DNA of 64,000 nucleotides from Candidatus Hermodarchaeota archaeon (GCA_048885525.1 JBHLLP010000001.1:64001-128000); one strand, 5' to 3'; numbered from the stretch's first letter, positions 37,716-48,235 are shown. Notes: generated by a model from the sequence alone, not told the origin. A program made the numbers and translations.

Positions 37716-38498
37716 ATGATTTCTTTTATTTTACTTGGAATTTTTGGAACTTGGGTCTTAATTAACCGACTTAGTGAAGGAGGTAAAGTTGAAGGACACC
37801 CACTTGGTATGCCACGAGGGACTATTAGAGGTCTTAGCACCATATTACTGGTAGCGTTTCCTTTTGGGTACATATTAAGTGGTAAAGATATCCCTAGTTT
37901 GATAGTAAATGTGATTTTTGTAGTAGTGGCTTTCTACTTTGAAGCAAGAAGAAGTGAGCATGAAAAAATAAAAAATATTGTTGATGAAATGAAAAGACCC
38001 GATTATTATATCCAAGAGTCGACTAAGCAAAAAATGCCTTTATACTTACCTAAATATTCTGTTAGATTTCTTATAGTCTTGATGTTAATCATAACTTTAA
38101 TTGCTAATTATCTTGGACCACGTGTTAATTTTGAAGTGACCAACACTATTTTTGACCTCTTAATAATAATAATATTATTTATCATTGGTGCTTCTTTTAG
38201 ATCTATTTTAAATTCTCGAGAAAAGAAAAAAATGAAAAATCGAATTGCTAATATGGATGCTTCTCTTTCAGATGTCGAAATCATTGAAAAACTTATGGTA
38301 GAAGAAATTAGTTGGTGGAAACGAAAAGGAAGAAATATCCTCTCGGTTGTAATGTTTATAATAGTAGTAATTTCATTAATTTGTTTTTCTTTTGAATGGG
38401 ATCTAACAATATTTAATATAACTGATCCTGATTATTCATTGACTCTCATAGGATTTTTATTATTGTTTATTAACGCATATTATGGTTTCAGAGATTAA
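37716..38498 (+). CDS. Membrane protein with an internal repeat (PLGMPRGTIR / PLYLPKYSVR)
   Basis: Multi-TM protein with two similar PLxxPxxxxR segments. Confidence 0.7.
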   Translation: MISFILLGIFGTWVLINRLSEGGKVEGHPLGMPRGTIRGLSTILLVAFPFGYILSGKDIPSLIVNVIFVVVAFYFEARRSEHEKIKNIVDEMKRPDYYIQESTKQKMPLYLPKYSVRFLIVLMLIITLIANYLGPRVNFEVTNTIFDLLIIIILFIIGASFRSILNSREKKKMKNRIANMDASLSDVEIIEKLMVEEISWWKRKGRNILSVVMFIIVVISLICFSFEWDLTIFNITDPDYSLTLIGFLLLFINAYYGFRD

Positions 38499-38618
38499 AA
38501 ATTATTCAAAAAATAATATGTAATTCTTTTTTATTTTTTTAATTCGTTATTCTACTAACTTAAAATTTAAGTAGAAAAGATATAATTTTTATTAATATCA
38601 AGAACTTAAATAATTCAA

Positions 38619-39086
38619 ATGATAACGTTTGAAAAAGATGACAAAATTTTTAGTTATAGGGTAGTTGGAGTAGTTATTCATAATAATAAAGTACTTGTGC
38701 ATAGAAATATTGTTGATGATTTCTGGTCCTTACCCGGAGGACGGTGTGAATTTTTAGAAGTTTCTATAGATACTCTGATAAGAGAGATGAAAGAAGAAAT
38801 CGGTGTTGAGATAAATATTATTAGACCTCTATATTTTGTAGAAAACTTCTTTAATTTTGAAGCAAAAGAATATCATGAAATATCTATTTTCTATCTTATA
38901 GATTTTCTTCCAAATTCACGATTAGTTTTTGAGAATGATACATTTTATGGAAAAGAACTTAGATTAATTTTTAAATGGGTTAATATAAATCAATTAGAGG
39001 AATTGAGGTTATATCCTTTATTTCTACGTAAATCTCTAAAATCTATAAAAGAATATCCAGAACATATAATTAATCGAGATGATTAA
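38619..39086 (+). CDS. NUDIX hydrolase
   Basis: LPGG.CEFLE......REMKEEIG Nudix box. Confidence 0.9.
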   Translation: MITFEKDDKIFSYRVVGVVIHNNKVLVHRNIVDDFWSLPGGRCEFLEVSIDTLIREMKEEIGVEINIIRPLYFVENFFNFEAKEYHEISIFYLIDFLPNSRLVFENDTFYGKELRLIFKWVNINQLEELRLYPLFLRKSLKSIKEYPEHIINRDD

Positions 39087-40290
39087 AAAAGATATAATTA
39101 AAAGCAAATATATATGTAATAAGCTAATATCAAATTATTTTATAATTAGGAAATTAAAAATGACTGATGTAAGTATAATAGAAGAATCTGACATATATAG
39201 AAAATTACAACAACATTTAGATAAAATGCCTGTAGGATTCCCCTCTGTGAAATCAGGCGCAGATATACGTGTGTTAAAACATCTTTTTACTCCTGAAGAG
39301 GTAAAAGTTGCTATGTTTTTAAAATTTGGCTGGGATAGGGATTTAGAACCATTAGAAATTATTTACGAACGAGCAAAAGGCACGGGAATTTCCCTTGACG
39401 AGTTTGAAAAGATTTTAGATAGAATGGCATCAAAAGGTTCAATTATGATCAAAAAAGAGGGAGGAAAAAAATATTATGGAAATGCTCTATTAGTAATAGG
39501 TATGTATGAGTTTCAAGTAAACAGGCTAACAAAAGAATTTATTAAAGATTTTGAAGATTACTACGTTCAGGGATGGTTACCAGAAGCATTTCGGGTAAAA
39601 GCTGCTCAAGTACGTACAATTCCCGTCGAAAAAAGTATAGAACTCGAACATAATGTAAGTAATTATGATAATATTACCAAGGTTCTTAATTCTTCAGAAG
39701 GACCATTCGCAATAATGAATTGTGTATGTAGGCAAGTAAAAGATATTTTAGAAGAACCATGTAAAGTTACTGATAGAAGAGAAGTTTGTATGGCATCGGG
39801 TATGATGGCTCAAGCAACTATTGATCTAGGGCGGGGACGGGAGATCACTAAGCAAGAAGCTTTCGAAATTTTGCAAAAGAACCAAGAGGAGGGACTTGTA
39901 CTGCAACCAGATAATTCACAAATTTTCTCGTTCGTTTGTAGTTGTTGTAGTTGTTGTTGTGAAAACTTATCTAAATATGTCTTATTACCTAATCCCGCTG
40001 ATGTGGTAATAGCAAATTATTATGCTGAAGCAGATCCAGATTTATGTACTGGCTGCGGTACATGTATAGAAATATGTCCAATGAAAGCGATAAAACTAAA
40101 AGATGAGATTTCCTCAATAAAGAGAAAAAGGTGTATAGGATGTGGTAATTGTGTAGCAAAATGTCCATCAGAAGCTATTCAAATGAAAAAAAGAGAGAGA
40201 CAATTCACACCGTTTCCATCAATGGATGAACTATTTGATAAAATTATGCAAAGAAAAATCAGATTAAAAGAACAGAGTATTAAAAAGTGA
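39079..40290 (+). CDS. 4Fe-4S dicluster protein with N-terminal wHTH-like region and Cys cluster
   Basis: CVCR, CSCCSCCC, CTGCGTCIEICP and CIGCGNCVAKCP motifs; true start probably the ATG at 39160. Confidence 0.85.
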   Translation: MIKKDIIKSKYICNKLISNYFIIRKLKMTDVSIIEESDIYRKLQQHLDKMPVGFPSVKSGADIRVLKHLFTPEEVKVAMFLKFGWDRDLEPLEIIYERAKGTGISLDEFEKILDRMASKGSIMIKKEGGKKYYGNALLVIGMYEFQVNRLTKEFIKDFEDYYVQGWLPEAFRVKAAQVRTIPVEKSIELEHNVSNYDNITKVLNSSEGPFAIMNCVCRQVKDILEEPCKVTDRREVCMASGMMAQATIDLGRGREITKQEAFEILQKNQEEGLVLQPDNSQIFSFVCSCCSCCCENLSKYVLLPNPADVVIANYYAEADPDLCTGCGTCIEICPMKAIKLKDEISSIKRKRCIGCGNCVAKCPSEAIQMKKRERQFTPFPSMDELFDKIMQRKIRLKEQSIKK

Positions 40291-40337
40291 ATTATAAAAA
40301 TTGGCTTAAGAGGATATATAAATAATTATAAATTTAA

Positions 40338-41144
40338 TTATTGATTTCCTCGCATTTCTTTTCTAATAAATGGTTTTAAATTTTTACCCCTTATCCAGTA
40401 CCATTCAAATAACTCTTTGATCCAATTTATAAAATCTTCATGATTATCTATTAAACATTGATTATAATCTATTTCACCATCTTTACTTAAGAAGAGTATC
40501 GCACCTTTATCAGAAACTATCATTGAGATCTTGATTTCATCCAGAATTCTAATATTTTCCAACATTTCTCTAAAAAATATTTTTGGGTCTTCAAATAATT
40601 TTGACCATCCATCAGGAATGTTATAGGATTTTAAAAGGTTTCTATTCACTATTGCTCTAATATTAAGTGATTGCTTTCTCATTTTATTCTCAGCTTCCTT
40701 TAATAATGATTTTTGATATTGATCTGTTATTGCGAAAAGAAACTCTTCAGAATCTTTCACTAGGTTTTCAAAAATTTCCATATTTTCCATAGTTTTATTT
40801 CCAAATTCAACGGTTTTCAATTTTCCTAATTGAAATATAAGATGTACAGGAATGGAAGTTATATCGTGGCTATTTAGGAAATCTCTATGGTTTAAAGATA
40901 CTTCAAAAATATCCATCATTCGGAGAAAAATTTTTCCTATATTAGTTATCCTATATTCATTATTTATATCCTTAAGAATGAGATTTTTTTCTTCTAATCT
41001 TTTTATATGACGAGAAACTTCAGATCCAGGAATATTTAAATCTTGTTGGAGCTGAAAGTGTCTTTTGCTATCAATATATAGACTTTTAAGCACATTATAT
41101 CTATGCTTATTAGAAAATTCAAACAATAATTTGTTTACGTCCAA
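40338..41144 (-). CDS. wHTH transcriptional regulator (DUF1724/FilR1-like)
   Basis: EFSNKHRYNVL, EVSRHIKRL, YRITNIG and W..ELFEWYW motifs; divergent from the acyl-CoA operon. Confidence 0.75.
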   Translation of the reverse strand: MDVNKLLFEFSNKHRYNVLKSLYIDSKRHFQLQQDLNIPGSEVSRHIKRLEEKNLILKDINNEYRITNIGKIFLRMMDIFEVSLNHRDFLNSHDITSIPVHLIFQLGKLKTVEFGNKTMENMEIFENLVKDSEEFLFAITDQYQKSLLKEAENKMRKQSLNIRAIVNRNLLKSYNIPDGWSKLFEDPKIFFREMLENIRILDEIKISMIVSDKGAILFLSKDGEIDYNQCLIDNHEDFINWIKELFEWYWIRGKNLKPFIRKEMRGNQ

Positions 41145-41426
41145 ATATAATCAACTTACAATCTTATTAATTATCCTTATAATAAAATCGCCTTGAGCTA
41201 AGATAATTTCAAATAATTTAAAATTATTCGTATCAATTTAATTAATTCATAAAAAATTAAATTAACTTTAATGTAGTTCTAATTTGTTATAAGGTTTATT
41301 TTTAACTATTTTATGATAATTGTGCAAATTAATATTTCATAAAAATATAAAAAAGTAATTTTTTAATTGCAATCTAATTTAAATGAAAAATTGAGATTTA
41401 AAAATAAATAAAATTGGCGAACAAAT

Positions 41427-41726
41427 ATGTATGAAGAATTAGAATTACGAGCTTTAAAATTATTGGCGAAAAATTTTGAATATAATCAAGCTCTCCATAT
41501 GGAAGCCCCTTTAATGGCTAAATTACTTGGAGTGAAAAATAAAGATATTCAACCAGTGTTAAGAGCTTTGGGAGATGCGAAACTAGCAAACCTTTATGAA
41601 GAAGGTGATAACATTAAATTAGCTAAAATTTCGTGGCAAGGATTAAATGAAATTGGTGAAGTTAAATTGAAATATGGAATGGGTAAGGATGCATATAAAA
41701 ATTACAATGTGGAGGGGTATCGATAA
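41427..41726 (+). CDS. Small wHTH-like protein heading the acyl-CoA operon
   Basis: Helix-turn-helix plus wing (LAKISWQGL); its stop abuts the ACAD start. Confidence 0.65.
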   Translation: MYEELELRALKLLAKNFEYNQALHMEAPLMAKLLGVKNKDIQPVLRALGDAKLANLYEEGDNIKLAKISWQGLNEIGEVKLKYGMGKDAYKNYNVEGYR

Positions 41727-42974
41727 TTGCCTTTTGATTACATGCCTTGGTGGGATAAAGAAACTAAAGAATTTGCTGACGAGGTCGAGAACTTCTGTGA
41801 TACAGAATTGGTTCCTCGAACAACAAAGTTGTTAGAGCAAAATAAAGATCCTATGGATATACAATGGACTGCTTCAAAACTCTGTGTAGAAAAGGGTTTT
41901 CATCCTTTAATGGTTTTAGCAGAGGAAGAATATGGAGGACGCGATAAAGGATATTCTGGATATACAATCTTGAATGAAGAAATTGGGCGTTCAAATCTAA
42001 ATGTTAATCCTTTATTAACTAGTGTTTTTGGAGCAGGTCCAGTGCATCTATTTGGAACTAACGCTCAAAAAAAGAAATTTTTAGAACCTATTGTAAAAGG
42101 AGAGAAATGGGCCTCCATCACAGTGACAGAACCCGATGTTGGTAATGATGCTGCTGGAATTCAACTTCATGCTGAAGAAGATAGTGATGAATGGGTTCTA
42201 AATGGCTGGAAGCGTTTTATAACTTTAGGTGCTCTTTCAGATTACCATATGCTTTATGCGAATACCGATCCTGAATTAAAACGTATTCACAGGCATCTTA
42301 CAGCATTTCTTGTACCAACTAATACTCAAGGGATCACTATAGAAAAAATAAATCAACTTATTGGAGACGTTGAAATGGCAAATTCTGTGATAAGATATCA
42401 TGATGTGAGAGTACCAAAAGAAAACATGATATTAGATCCTGGAGATGGATGGACAGTCATGACAAGCGCATTAAATATTGAAAGATTAGGGATTGCAAGT
42501 GTAGTGGGTTCATCAAAAAATCTAATAGAAACAGCACGGGCTTATGGTCGTAGGAGAGTACAATTTGGATTACCTATTTCTCGTTATAACGGAGTTCAAT
42601 TAAGAATGGCAAACATCTCAATGAAAATGCATCTTATTAGAGTGTATATATATTATTTAGCGCATTTACTTGATACAGGGGAAGCGGATATGTTTACTTT
42701 TGCTCTTAAATCTTCAACAGCAAAGATATTTGGGACTCAATCCTTAACAGAAATGGCTTTAGATGCTCTTTTTATAGTCGGTGGAGATGGTTATCTTCAA
42801 GAAACTGGGATTGGGGGTATATTAAAAAATGGAGCATTAATGCAAATTGCAGGAGGATCAAATGATATATTGAAATTATTTATCGGTAGACAAGAATTCA
42901 AGCAAGATGTTGACGAACGTATGTTAACTCCATCTGTTAGAGGTCCAACAAAAGAGGAAGCAGACAAATTATAA
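41727..42974 (+). CDS. Acyl-CoA dehydrogenase (IVD/LCAD-type catalytic Glu position)
   Basis: EEYGG, TEPDVGND, LNG.KRFIT, LNIER, RVQFG, GGDGY and IAGGSND motifs. Confidence 0.92.
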   Translation: MPFDYMPWWDKETKEFADEVENFCDTELVPRTTKLLEQNKDPMDIQWTASKLCVEKGFHPLMVLAEEEYGGRDKGYSGYTILNEEIGRSNLNVNPLLTSVFGAGPVHLFGTNAQKKKFLEPIVKGEKWASITVTEPDVGNDAAGIQLHAEEDSDEWVLNGWKRFITLGALSDYHMLYANTDPELKRIHRHLTAFLVPTNTQGITIEKINQLIGDVEMANSVIRYHDVRVPKENMILDPGDGWTVMTSALNIERLGIASVVGSSKNLIETARAYGRRRVQFGLPISRYNGVQLRMANISMKMHLIRVYIYYLAHLLDTGEADMFTFALKSSTAKIFGTQSLTEMALDALFIVGGDGYLQETGIGGILKNGALMQIAGGSNDILKLFIGRQEFKQDVDERMLTPSVRGPTKEEADKL

Positions 42975-42997
42975 ATAATCATTGGAGGTAAATTTTA

Positions 42998-43798
42998 ATG
43001 TCAAAATATAAGGAAGTTAAGTTTGAAGTGAAAGAAGAGGTGGGGATAATAACTATAGACCGACCAGAACGAAGAAATGCACTATGTAGAGATGTTTGGG
43101 CTAGTATTGGTCAAATCTTATCAGACACTTGGGATGATATAAACGTAAGAGTTATAATTCTAACAGGAAATGACGATGAATATAAGGGTGGTCGTGCCTT
43201 TTCAGCAGGACTAGATATAAAAGAAATGTCCTCTACGGGTTTTAAGAATTTAGGAGATTTTTTAGGGATCTTACTCGATCCTTGTGAATTAATGGCAAGG
43301 TATCCGAAACCGATAATAGCAGCGATAAATGGTTATGCTTATGCTGGAGGTCTTGAACTAACATTATGGTGTGATTGTACTATTGCAGCTGATGATGCCG
43401 TAATGGGATTCTGGGAAAATCGGAGAGGTTTAGCAAGTGGTGTTGCATTCCTATTACTTCCTGAATTGATTGGAATGCGTTATACTAAAGAATTGCTATT
43501 AACGGGAAAAATTATTTCTGCTGATGAAGCCTTTAGGATGGGTTTAGTTAATAAAGTAGTTCCTCACAACAACTTAATGAAAGCTGCGAGGGATATGGCA
43601 GACGAAATGAAAAAGGTTGCCCCCTTAAGCCATAAATGGACTAAAAAATGGTTTCAACAAGGATACCATTATACCAGAACTAGAGCAATAGGTAGTTTAT
43701 GGGAACCATTCCAAGAATTATTCCATAGCGAAGATGTTATAGAAGGTTTTACCTCTTTCATGGAGGAAAATAGAGAGCCTAAATGGAAGGGAAAATGA
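42998..43798 (+). CDS. Enoyl-CoA hydratase
   Basis: AFSAGLD, AINGYAYAGGLEL and WENRRG; both catalytic Glu present. Confidence 0.9.
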   Translation: MSKYKEVKFEVKEEVGIITIDRPERRNALCRDVWASIGQILSDTWDDINVRVIILTGNDDEYKGGRAFSAGLDIKEMSSTGFKNLGDFLGILLDPCELMARYPKPIIAAINGYAYAGGLELTLWCDCTIAADDAVMGFWENRRGLASGVAFLLLPELIGMRYTKELLLTGKIISADEAFRMGLVNKVVPHNNLMKAARDMADEMKKVAPLSHKWTKKWFQQGYHYTRTRAIGSLWEPFQELFHSEDVIEGFTSFMEENREPKWKGK

Positions 43799-43840
43799 AA
43801 TCTTTTTTTATTTAAAATTAAAAGTTAAGAGGTATAAAAA

Positions 43841-44170
43841 ATGGCAGATGAAGAATTAGTAGAAGGTATTAAAAAAATGGTTAGTAAATTAGAGGACCCT
43901 GCGTATCAAGAAAGATTCGCAGATTTTAACAAAATATTACAATTCAATTTTACTGACACTAACAATTACTATCTTGTATTTAAGGATGCAAAATGTGAAA
44001 TTAAAGAAGGTGAAATTGAAGACCCAGATATAACAATAACAACTCAAAGTGAAGTTATTATTGATATCATGGACGGCGAATTAAGTCCAACAAAAGCGTT
44101 TATGGGTGGCAAACTTAAAGCAAAGGGTCCTATGAAAGATATGCTTAAAATGCAAATGTTAATGAAGTAG
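43841..44170 (+). CDS. SCP2 sterol/lipid-binding domain protein
   Basis: PDITIT and GELSPTKAFMGGKLKAKG motifs. Confidence 0.9.
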   Translation: MADEELVEGIKKMVSKLEDPAYQERFADFNKILQFNFTDTNNYYLVFKDAKCEIKEGEIEDPDITITTQSEVIIDIMDGELSPTKAFMGGKLKAKGPMKDMLKMQMLMK

Positions 44171-44236
44171 AGGAGTAAACTTATTAATTTTTTTTTTTCA
44201 TTTAATATTAAGATAAGAATAAATTAGGTTTTTAAA

Positions 44237-45055
44237 ATGGAATTCAAATATCTTTTATTTGAAGTTAAAAACAATGTTGGTATTATTACTTTCAATAGAG
44301 AATATAAATTAAATGCTATAAATGGCAAAATGTTTGATGAAATCGGTGAAGCTTTAGACGAAATCACTACTAATAAAGATATTCGAGCAGCGATTATTAC
44401 TGGAAAAGGTCGCGCTTTTTCAACTGGAGGAGATTTTGATCAAGCAAGCCAGGGAATGGCAGGAGATGTAGATAGTGTGGAAGATGGAGGAAAAATGCAA
44501 TCAGGAGAACTTGAAGTTGATGTTTCTCAAAAAAGAACAGTTTTAAAATTACAGAAAACACCTAAACCAATTATAGCTGCAATAAATGGGCTGGCATTAG
44601 GAGGAGGGTTAAATATCGCGATAAACTGTGATTTAATTTATGCTGCAGAAAATGCAGAACTTGGCACTTTTTTTATGAAAAGAGCGATTATTCCGGAAAT
44701 GTCTTCCACCTATATTCTCCCCAGATTAGTGGGAATACATAAGGCGAAGGAGTTGATCTTTTTCGGTGATAGATTTAGCGCTCAAGAAGCCTTAAAAATA
44801 GGTTTAATCAATGGAGTATTTCCCGCTCAAAATTTCATGGATAAAGTTATGGAAGTAGCTGAGCGCTTAGCAAAAGGCCCTACTTATTCGATTGGATTAG
44901 CAAAATTAGCAATCAATAAACTTCTTGAAGATAAAACAATACAGGCTCTAGATAATGAAGCTGATGCATTATTCAAAGCATTTGATTCTGAAGATTTTAC
45001 TGAAGGATTATTAGCATTTTTTGAAAAAAGGGATCCTAACTTTTTAGGGCGTTAA
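44237..45055 (+). CDS. Crotonase-family enoyl-CoA isomerase-like protein (PaaG-like)
   Basis: AFSTGGD and AINGLALGGGLNIA; lacks both hydratase Glu; IIPEMSST. Confidence 0.85.
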   Translation: MEFKYLLFEVKNNVGIITFNREYKLNAINGKMFDEIGEALDEITTNKDIRAAIITGKGRAFSTGGDFDQASQGMAGDVDSVEDGGKMQSGELEVDVSQKRTVLKLQKTPKPIIAAINGLALGGGLNIAINCDLIYAAENAELGTFFMKRAIIPEMSSTYILPRLVGIHKAKELIFFGDRFSAQEALKIGLINGVFPAQNFMDKVMEVAERLAKGPTYSIGLAKLAINKLLEDKTIQALDNEADALFKAFDSEDFTEGLLAFFEKRDPNFLGR

Positions 45056-45077
45056 TTAAATTTTTAATGATTAAAAA

Positions 45078-45500
45078 ATGAATGAGGAAAAAGCTAAAAG
45101 ATTATTGATGATTTTCTCCTTGATTGGAGGAATTTATGAAATATTATTTGGGGTATTAATGATCTTTTTTATTATCCCGTTGTTGAATTTATTAGGAGCA
45201 AGTATTACACAATTAGAATTTCCAATTTTTTCTCAAACTGGAGGATTATTAGCTATAATTTTAGGTTTGATCTTGTCGTTCTCATCTCAAAATATCGAGA
45301 AATATTTGTTAAACATTATTTTAATAACGATCCTACGTTTTTTAATTCAAATAATAATTATTATTAATATAGTAATTATTCCTGAGATAGCAATAGGCTT
45401 GCTGTTATTTGGTTTAATGGATATTATATTTGCCTTAATTACAATTTACTTAATAAGAATTGCAAAATTATCCTTTAACATTTTTAAAGTTATAAAATAA
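45078..45500 (+). CDS. Four-TM membrane protein
   Basis: Hydrophobic segments; lies inside the operon. Confidence 0.7.
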   Translation: MNEEKAKRLLMIFSLIGGIYEILFGVLMIFFIIPLLNLLGASITQLEFPIFSQTGGLLAIILGLILSFSSQNIEKYLLNIILITILRFLIQIIIIINIVIIPEIAIGLLLFGLMDIIFALITIYLIRIAKLSFNIFKVIK

Positions 45501-46226
45501 TTGAGTCATCAAATTATGCAACCATATAAAATAATAAACGAAGTTTTAGCAGAAAATAGATCCTTTTTAATGGAACATGAAAGTAAGGATTTTCTTTCTT
45601 TATATGATATTCCTGTAGGAGAGTATAAGAATACAAAAACACAAAGTGAAGCTATAGAATTTGCAAACGAAATTGGTTATCCTGTGGTAGCCAAATTAAT
45701 GAGTCCTGATATAATACACAAAACAGATGCCAAAGTTATCAGGTTAAATATTAAATCGGAAGAGGAGTTGATTCAAGCTTATGAGGAAGTAATTGAAAAT
45801 GGTAAAAATTACAAATCAGATGCAAAAATTATTGGAGTTAATATCCAAAAAATGGTTAAAAATGGTATTGCTGAGATTATTATAGGCGGTATACGAGATA
45901 AAAATTTCGGACCTGTTCTTATGTTTGGATTTGGAGGTATTTTTGTTGAAATCTTTAAAGATGTATCATATAGAGTTTGTCCAATCACAATGGAAAATGC
46001 AAACAAGATGATCAGAAGTATTAAAGCTTTTCCCTTATTGAATGGATATCGTGGACACCCTAAGGGAGATATTGATCAAATTATTGATATCCTCTTAAAA
46101 TGCTGCCATCTTTTATTAAAAAATCCTGAAATAGCCGAAATCGATTTAAATCCTGTTATTGTATTTGAGGTTGGCAAGGGAATAACGGTGGTAGATGCTC
46201 GAATTATTTTGAAGGAGGTCAATTAA
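45501..46226 (+). CDS. acdB: ADP-forming acyl-CoA synthetase beta subunit (ATP-grasp)
   Basis: IGYPVVAK..SPDIIHKTD, FGPVLMFGFGG and EIDLNP motifs. Confidence 0.88.
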   Translation: MSHQIMQPYKIINEVLAENRSFLMEHESKDFLSLYDIPVGEYKNTKTQSEAIEFANEIGYPVVAKLMSPDIIHKTDAKVIRLNIKSEEELIQAYEEVIENGKNYKSDAKIIGVNIQKMVKNGIAEIIIGGIRDKNFGPVLMFGFGGIFVEIFKDVSYRVCPITMENANKMIRSIKAFPLLNGYRGHPKGDIDQIIDILLKCCHLLLKNPEIAEIDLNPVIVFEVGKGITVVDARIILKEVN

Positions 46227-46227
46227 G

Positions 46228-47688
46228 TTGTCAAAATTAATTGAATTTGAAGGATTTTTCAACCCAAAATTGGTTGCATTCTATGGAGCTTCTAATATGA
46301 TGCAAAAATTTGGCAGTATTCACCTTACAAATTTATTGTCTGCAGGATTTCAAGGTAAAGTGATTCCTATTCATCCAAAAGAAAAAAAAATCTTAGGTTT
46401 CAAAACCTATAAAAATATAAAAGACGTTCCCGAGCAAGTAGATTTAGCAGTAATGGCAATTAATCCAATGTTAATTAATAATGTTCTCGAGGATTGTGGC
46501 CAAAAAGGAGTGAAACATGTTATTATTTTATCTGGAGGGTTTTTGGAAGTAGGAAATAAAGATGCTCAAGATAAAATGAAAGAAATTGCTGAAAAATATA
46601 ATATTAAAATCATGGGCCCTAATTGTTCCGGTGAGGTGATTACCCCCACAGTGAATATAACTCATGTACCATGGCCTCCAAGAAAAGGTGGTGTATCAAT
46701 TGTCTCACAATCGGGAACATATGCTGTTCAGCCATTAATTGCGATCAGTTCAAAAATTGGATTAGGGATTTCAAAAATAATTTCTGTTGGTAATGAAGTT
46801 AATACCGATCTAGTTGATTATTTAGAAATTTTTGAAGAAGATGATGAAACTAAAGCAATTGGAATCTACTTTGAGGCAGTTAGGAGAGGAAAAGAATTCA
46901 TCGAGTTGGTAGAAAGAATTAACAAGAAAAAACCAATAGTAATAATACCAATTGGTCAAACAGAAGCAGGAACACGATCAGCAAAATCTCATACAGCAGC
47001 AATCACATCTCCGGGTTATGTTATAGATTCAGTATGTGAACAAACAGGAGCAATAAAAGTCAAGAATAGTATAGATATGTTAAATTTACTTAATGCTTTC
47101 GATTCTCTACCACTTCCTAGAGGAAATCGAGTAGCTATATTAACATTGGGAGGAGGTCCAGGAACATTAATGTCAGATCTATTTGAAAATAATGGAATGA
47201 ATGTTCCAATGCTTAGTAAAGAATTACAAGAGAAATTAAAACCATGGATGCCAGAAACTGCATCAACAATAAATCCAATTGATTTAACATATTCAGATGA
47301 TATGCAAAATTTCTTAAATGTACTTCCAGAAATTCTATTAAAAAGCAATGAAATTGATTCACTCATTTTTTATGGTCTCATGGGGACTGAATATTTTAAG
47401 AACTTAGTAGATGTACCAGATTTTATGAGAGAACATGAGAGTGTCATCACCATGAGAAATTTTGGAGAAATGATGGAAGATTTCTTTATTGCACTTTTCG
47501 ATGAGATTATTGAGTTTAAAGAGAAATATCAAAAACCTATTATTTTAACTTGCTATAACACTAGAGAAGAAAAATTTGTAACCTACTTACAAGATCATGG
47601 AATTCCTGTTTATTATCCTGAAGAAGGAGTATGGACTCTCATAAGAATGTGGCAATATGCTAAATTTTTAAAATTAAAAGATGAGTAA
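46228..47688 (+). CDS. acdA: ADP-forming acyl-CoA synthetase alpha subunit
   Basis: GAS, GPNC, VSQSG, phospho-His SHTAA, GGPG and NPIDL motifs. Confidence 0.88.
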   Translation: MSKLIEFEGFFNPKLVAFYGASNMMQKFGSIHLTNLLSAGFQGKVIPIHPKEKKILGFKTYKNIKDVPEQVDLAVMAINPMLINNVLEDCGQKGVKHVIILSGGFLEVGNKDAQDKMKEIAEKYNIKIMGPNCSGEVITPTVNITHVPWPPRKGGVSIVSQSGTYAVQPLIAISSKIGLGISKIISVGNEVNTDLVDYLEIFEEDDETKAIGIYFEAVRRGKEFIELVERINKKKPIVIIPIGQTEAGTRSAKSHTAAITSPGYVIDSVCEQTGAIKVKNSIDMLNLLNAFDSLPLPRGNRVAILTLGGGPGTLMSDLFENNGMNVPMLSKELQEKLKPWMPETASTINPIDLTYSDDMQNFLNVLPEILLKSNEIDSLIFYGLMGTEYFKNLVDVPDFMREHESVITMRNFGEMMEDFFIALFDEIIEFKEKYQKPIILTCYNTREEKFVTYLQDHGIPVYYPEEGVWTLIRMWQYAKFLKLKDE

Positions 47689-47720
47689 TTTTTCTTTTGG
47701 TTTTTGTCTATATTTTTATA

Positions 47721-48010
47721 CTATAACCCTTTAACTTTTTTTAATCATACGTGGGGTAGTACAATAAAATTTAACTTTTGGATATCCGAATGTAATTACA
47801 CCGACTTCTTTTCTCATATATTCGCTAACTTCATTATCCTTGGATTAATTTTCATTGACATATGAGTCCAACCATTCCAATATGTTCCTAAACCAAGAGG
47901 TTTTTCTGCTAATCTTCCGTAAATAATTACGTTCGCAATATTACGGGATTTAATGTCTAAATCCATGGAAGAATATACTAAAATAATGTGAGGTGTATTT
48001 TCTTTGAGTT
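47721..48010 (-). pseudogene. Degraded C-terminal fragment of a nitroreductase gene
   Basis: Hand translation TPHIILVYSS...YGRLAEKPLGLGTYWNGWT...NI* then, frameshifted, VGVITFGYPKVKFY...PR; no N-terminus. Confidence 0.65.
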
Positions 48011-48097
48011 CTTTGTTTTAATCCATATAGCAAATTATGTTTACAAATCATCTCAATTTTGGTATTATATTAAAGAAGAGCCGAATTATAACTAATT

Positions 48098-48235
48098 ATG
48101 CTGAAATGGTGTCATAAATGTGGGATGATTCGTTCAATGAAAGACTTAGTGCTATTAGAGAACGGAAATTATCTGTGTTTCTTATGCTGGAACGAGTTTA
48201 ATAAAGAAAAAGATAAAAAATCAAAAGAGGAATGA
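48098..48235 (+). CDS. Unannotated 45-aa zinc-finger microprotein
   Basis: MLKWCHKCGMIRSMKDLVLLENGNYLCFLCWNEFNKEKDKKSKEE*; two CxxC motifs. Confidence 0.72.
   Translation: MLKWCHKCGMIRSMKDLVLLENGNYLCFLCWNEFNKEKDKKSKEE

Noticed and set aside
166-43798. Other TGA-terminated genes (maf, 31135-31467, 39079-40290, 42998-43798) as selenoproteins
   Set aside because: The proteins look complete at the TGA, and I saw no convincing downstream coding extension with an AUGA...GA hairpin.
47812-47820. In-frame TGA in the nitroreductase relic as a possible Sec codon
   Set aside because: It is accompanied by frameshifts and a missing N-terminus, is not at a Cys-like position, and no SECIS-like hairpin was seen.
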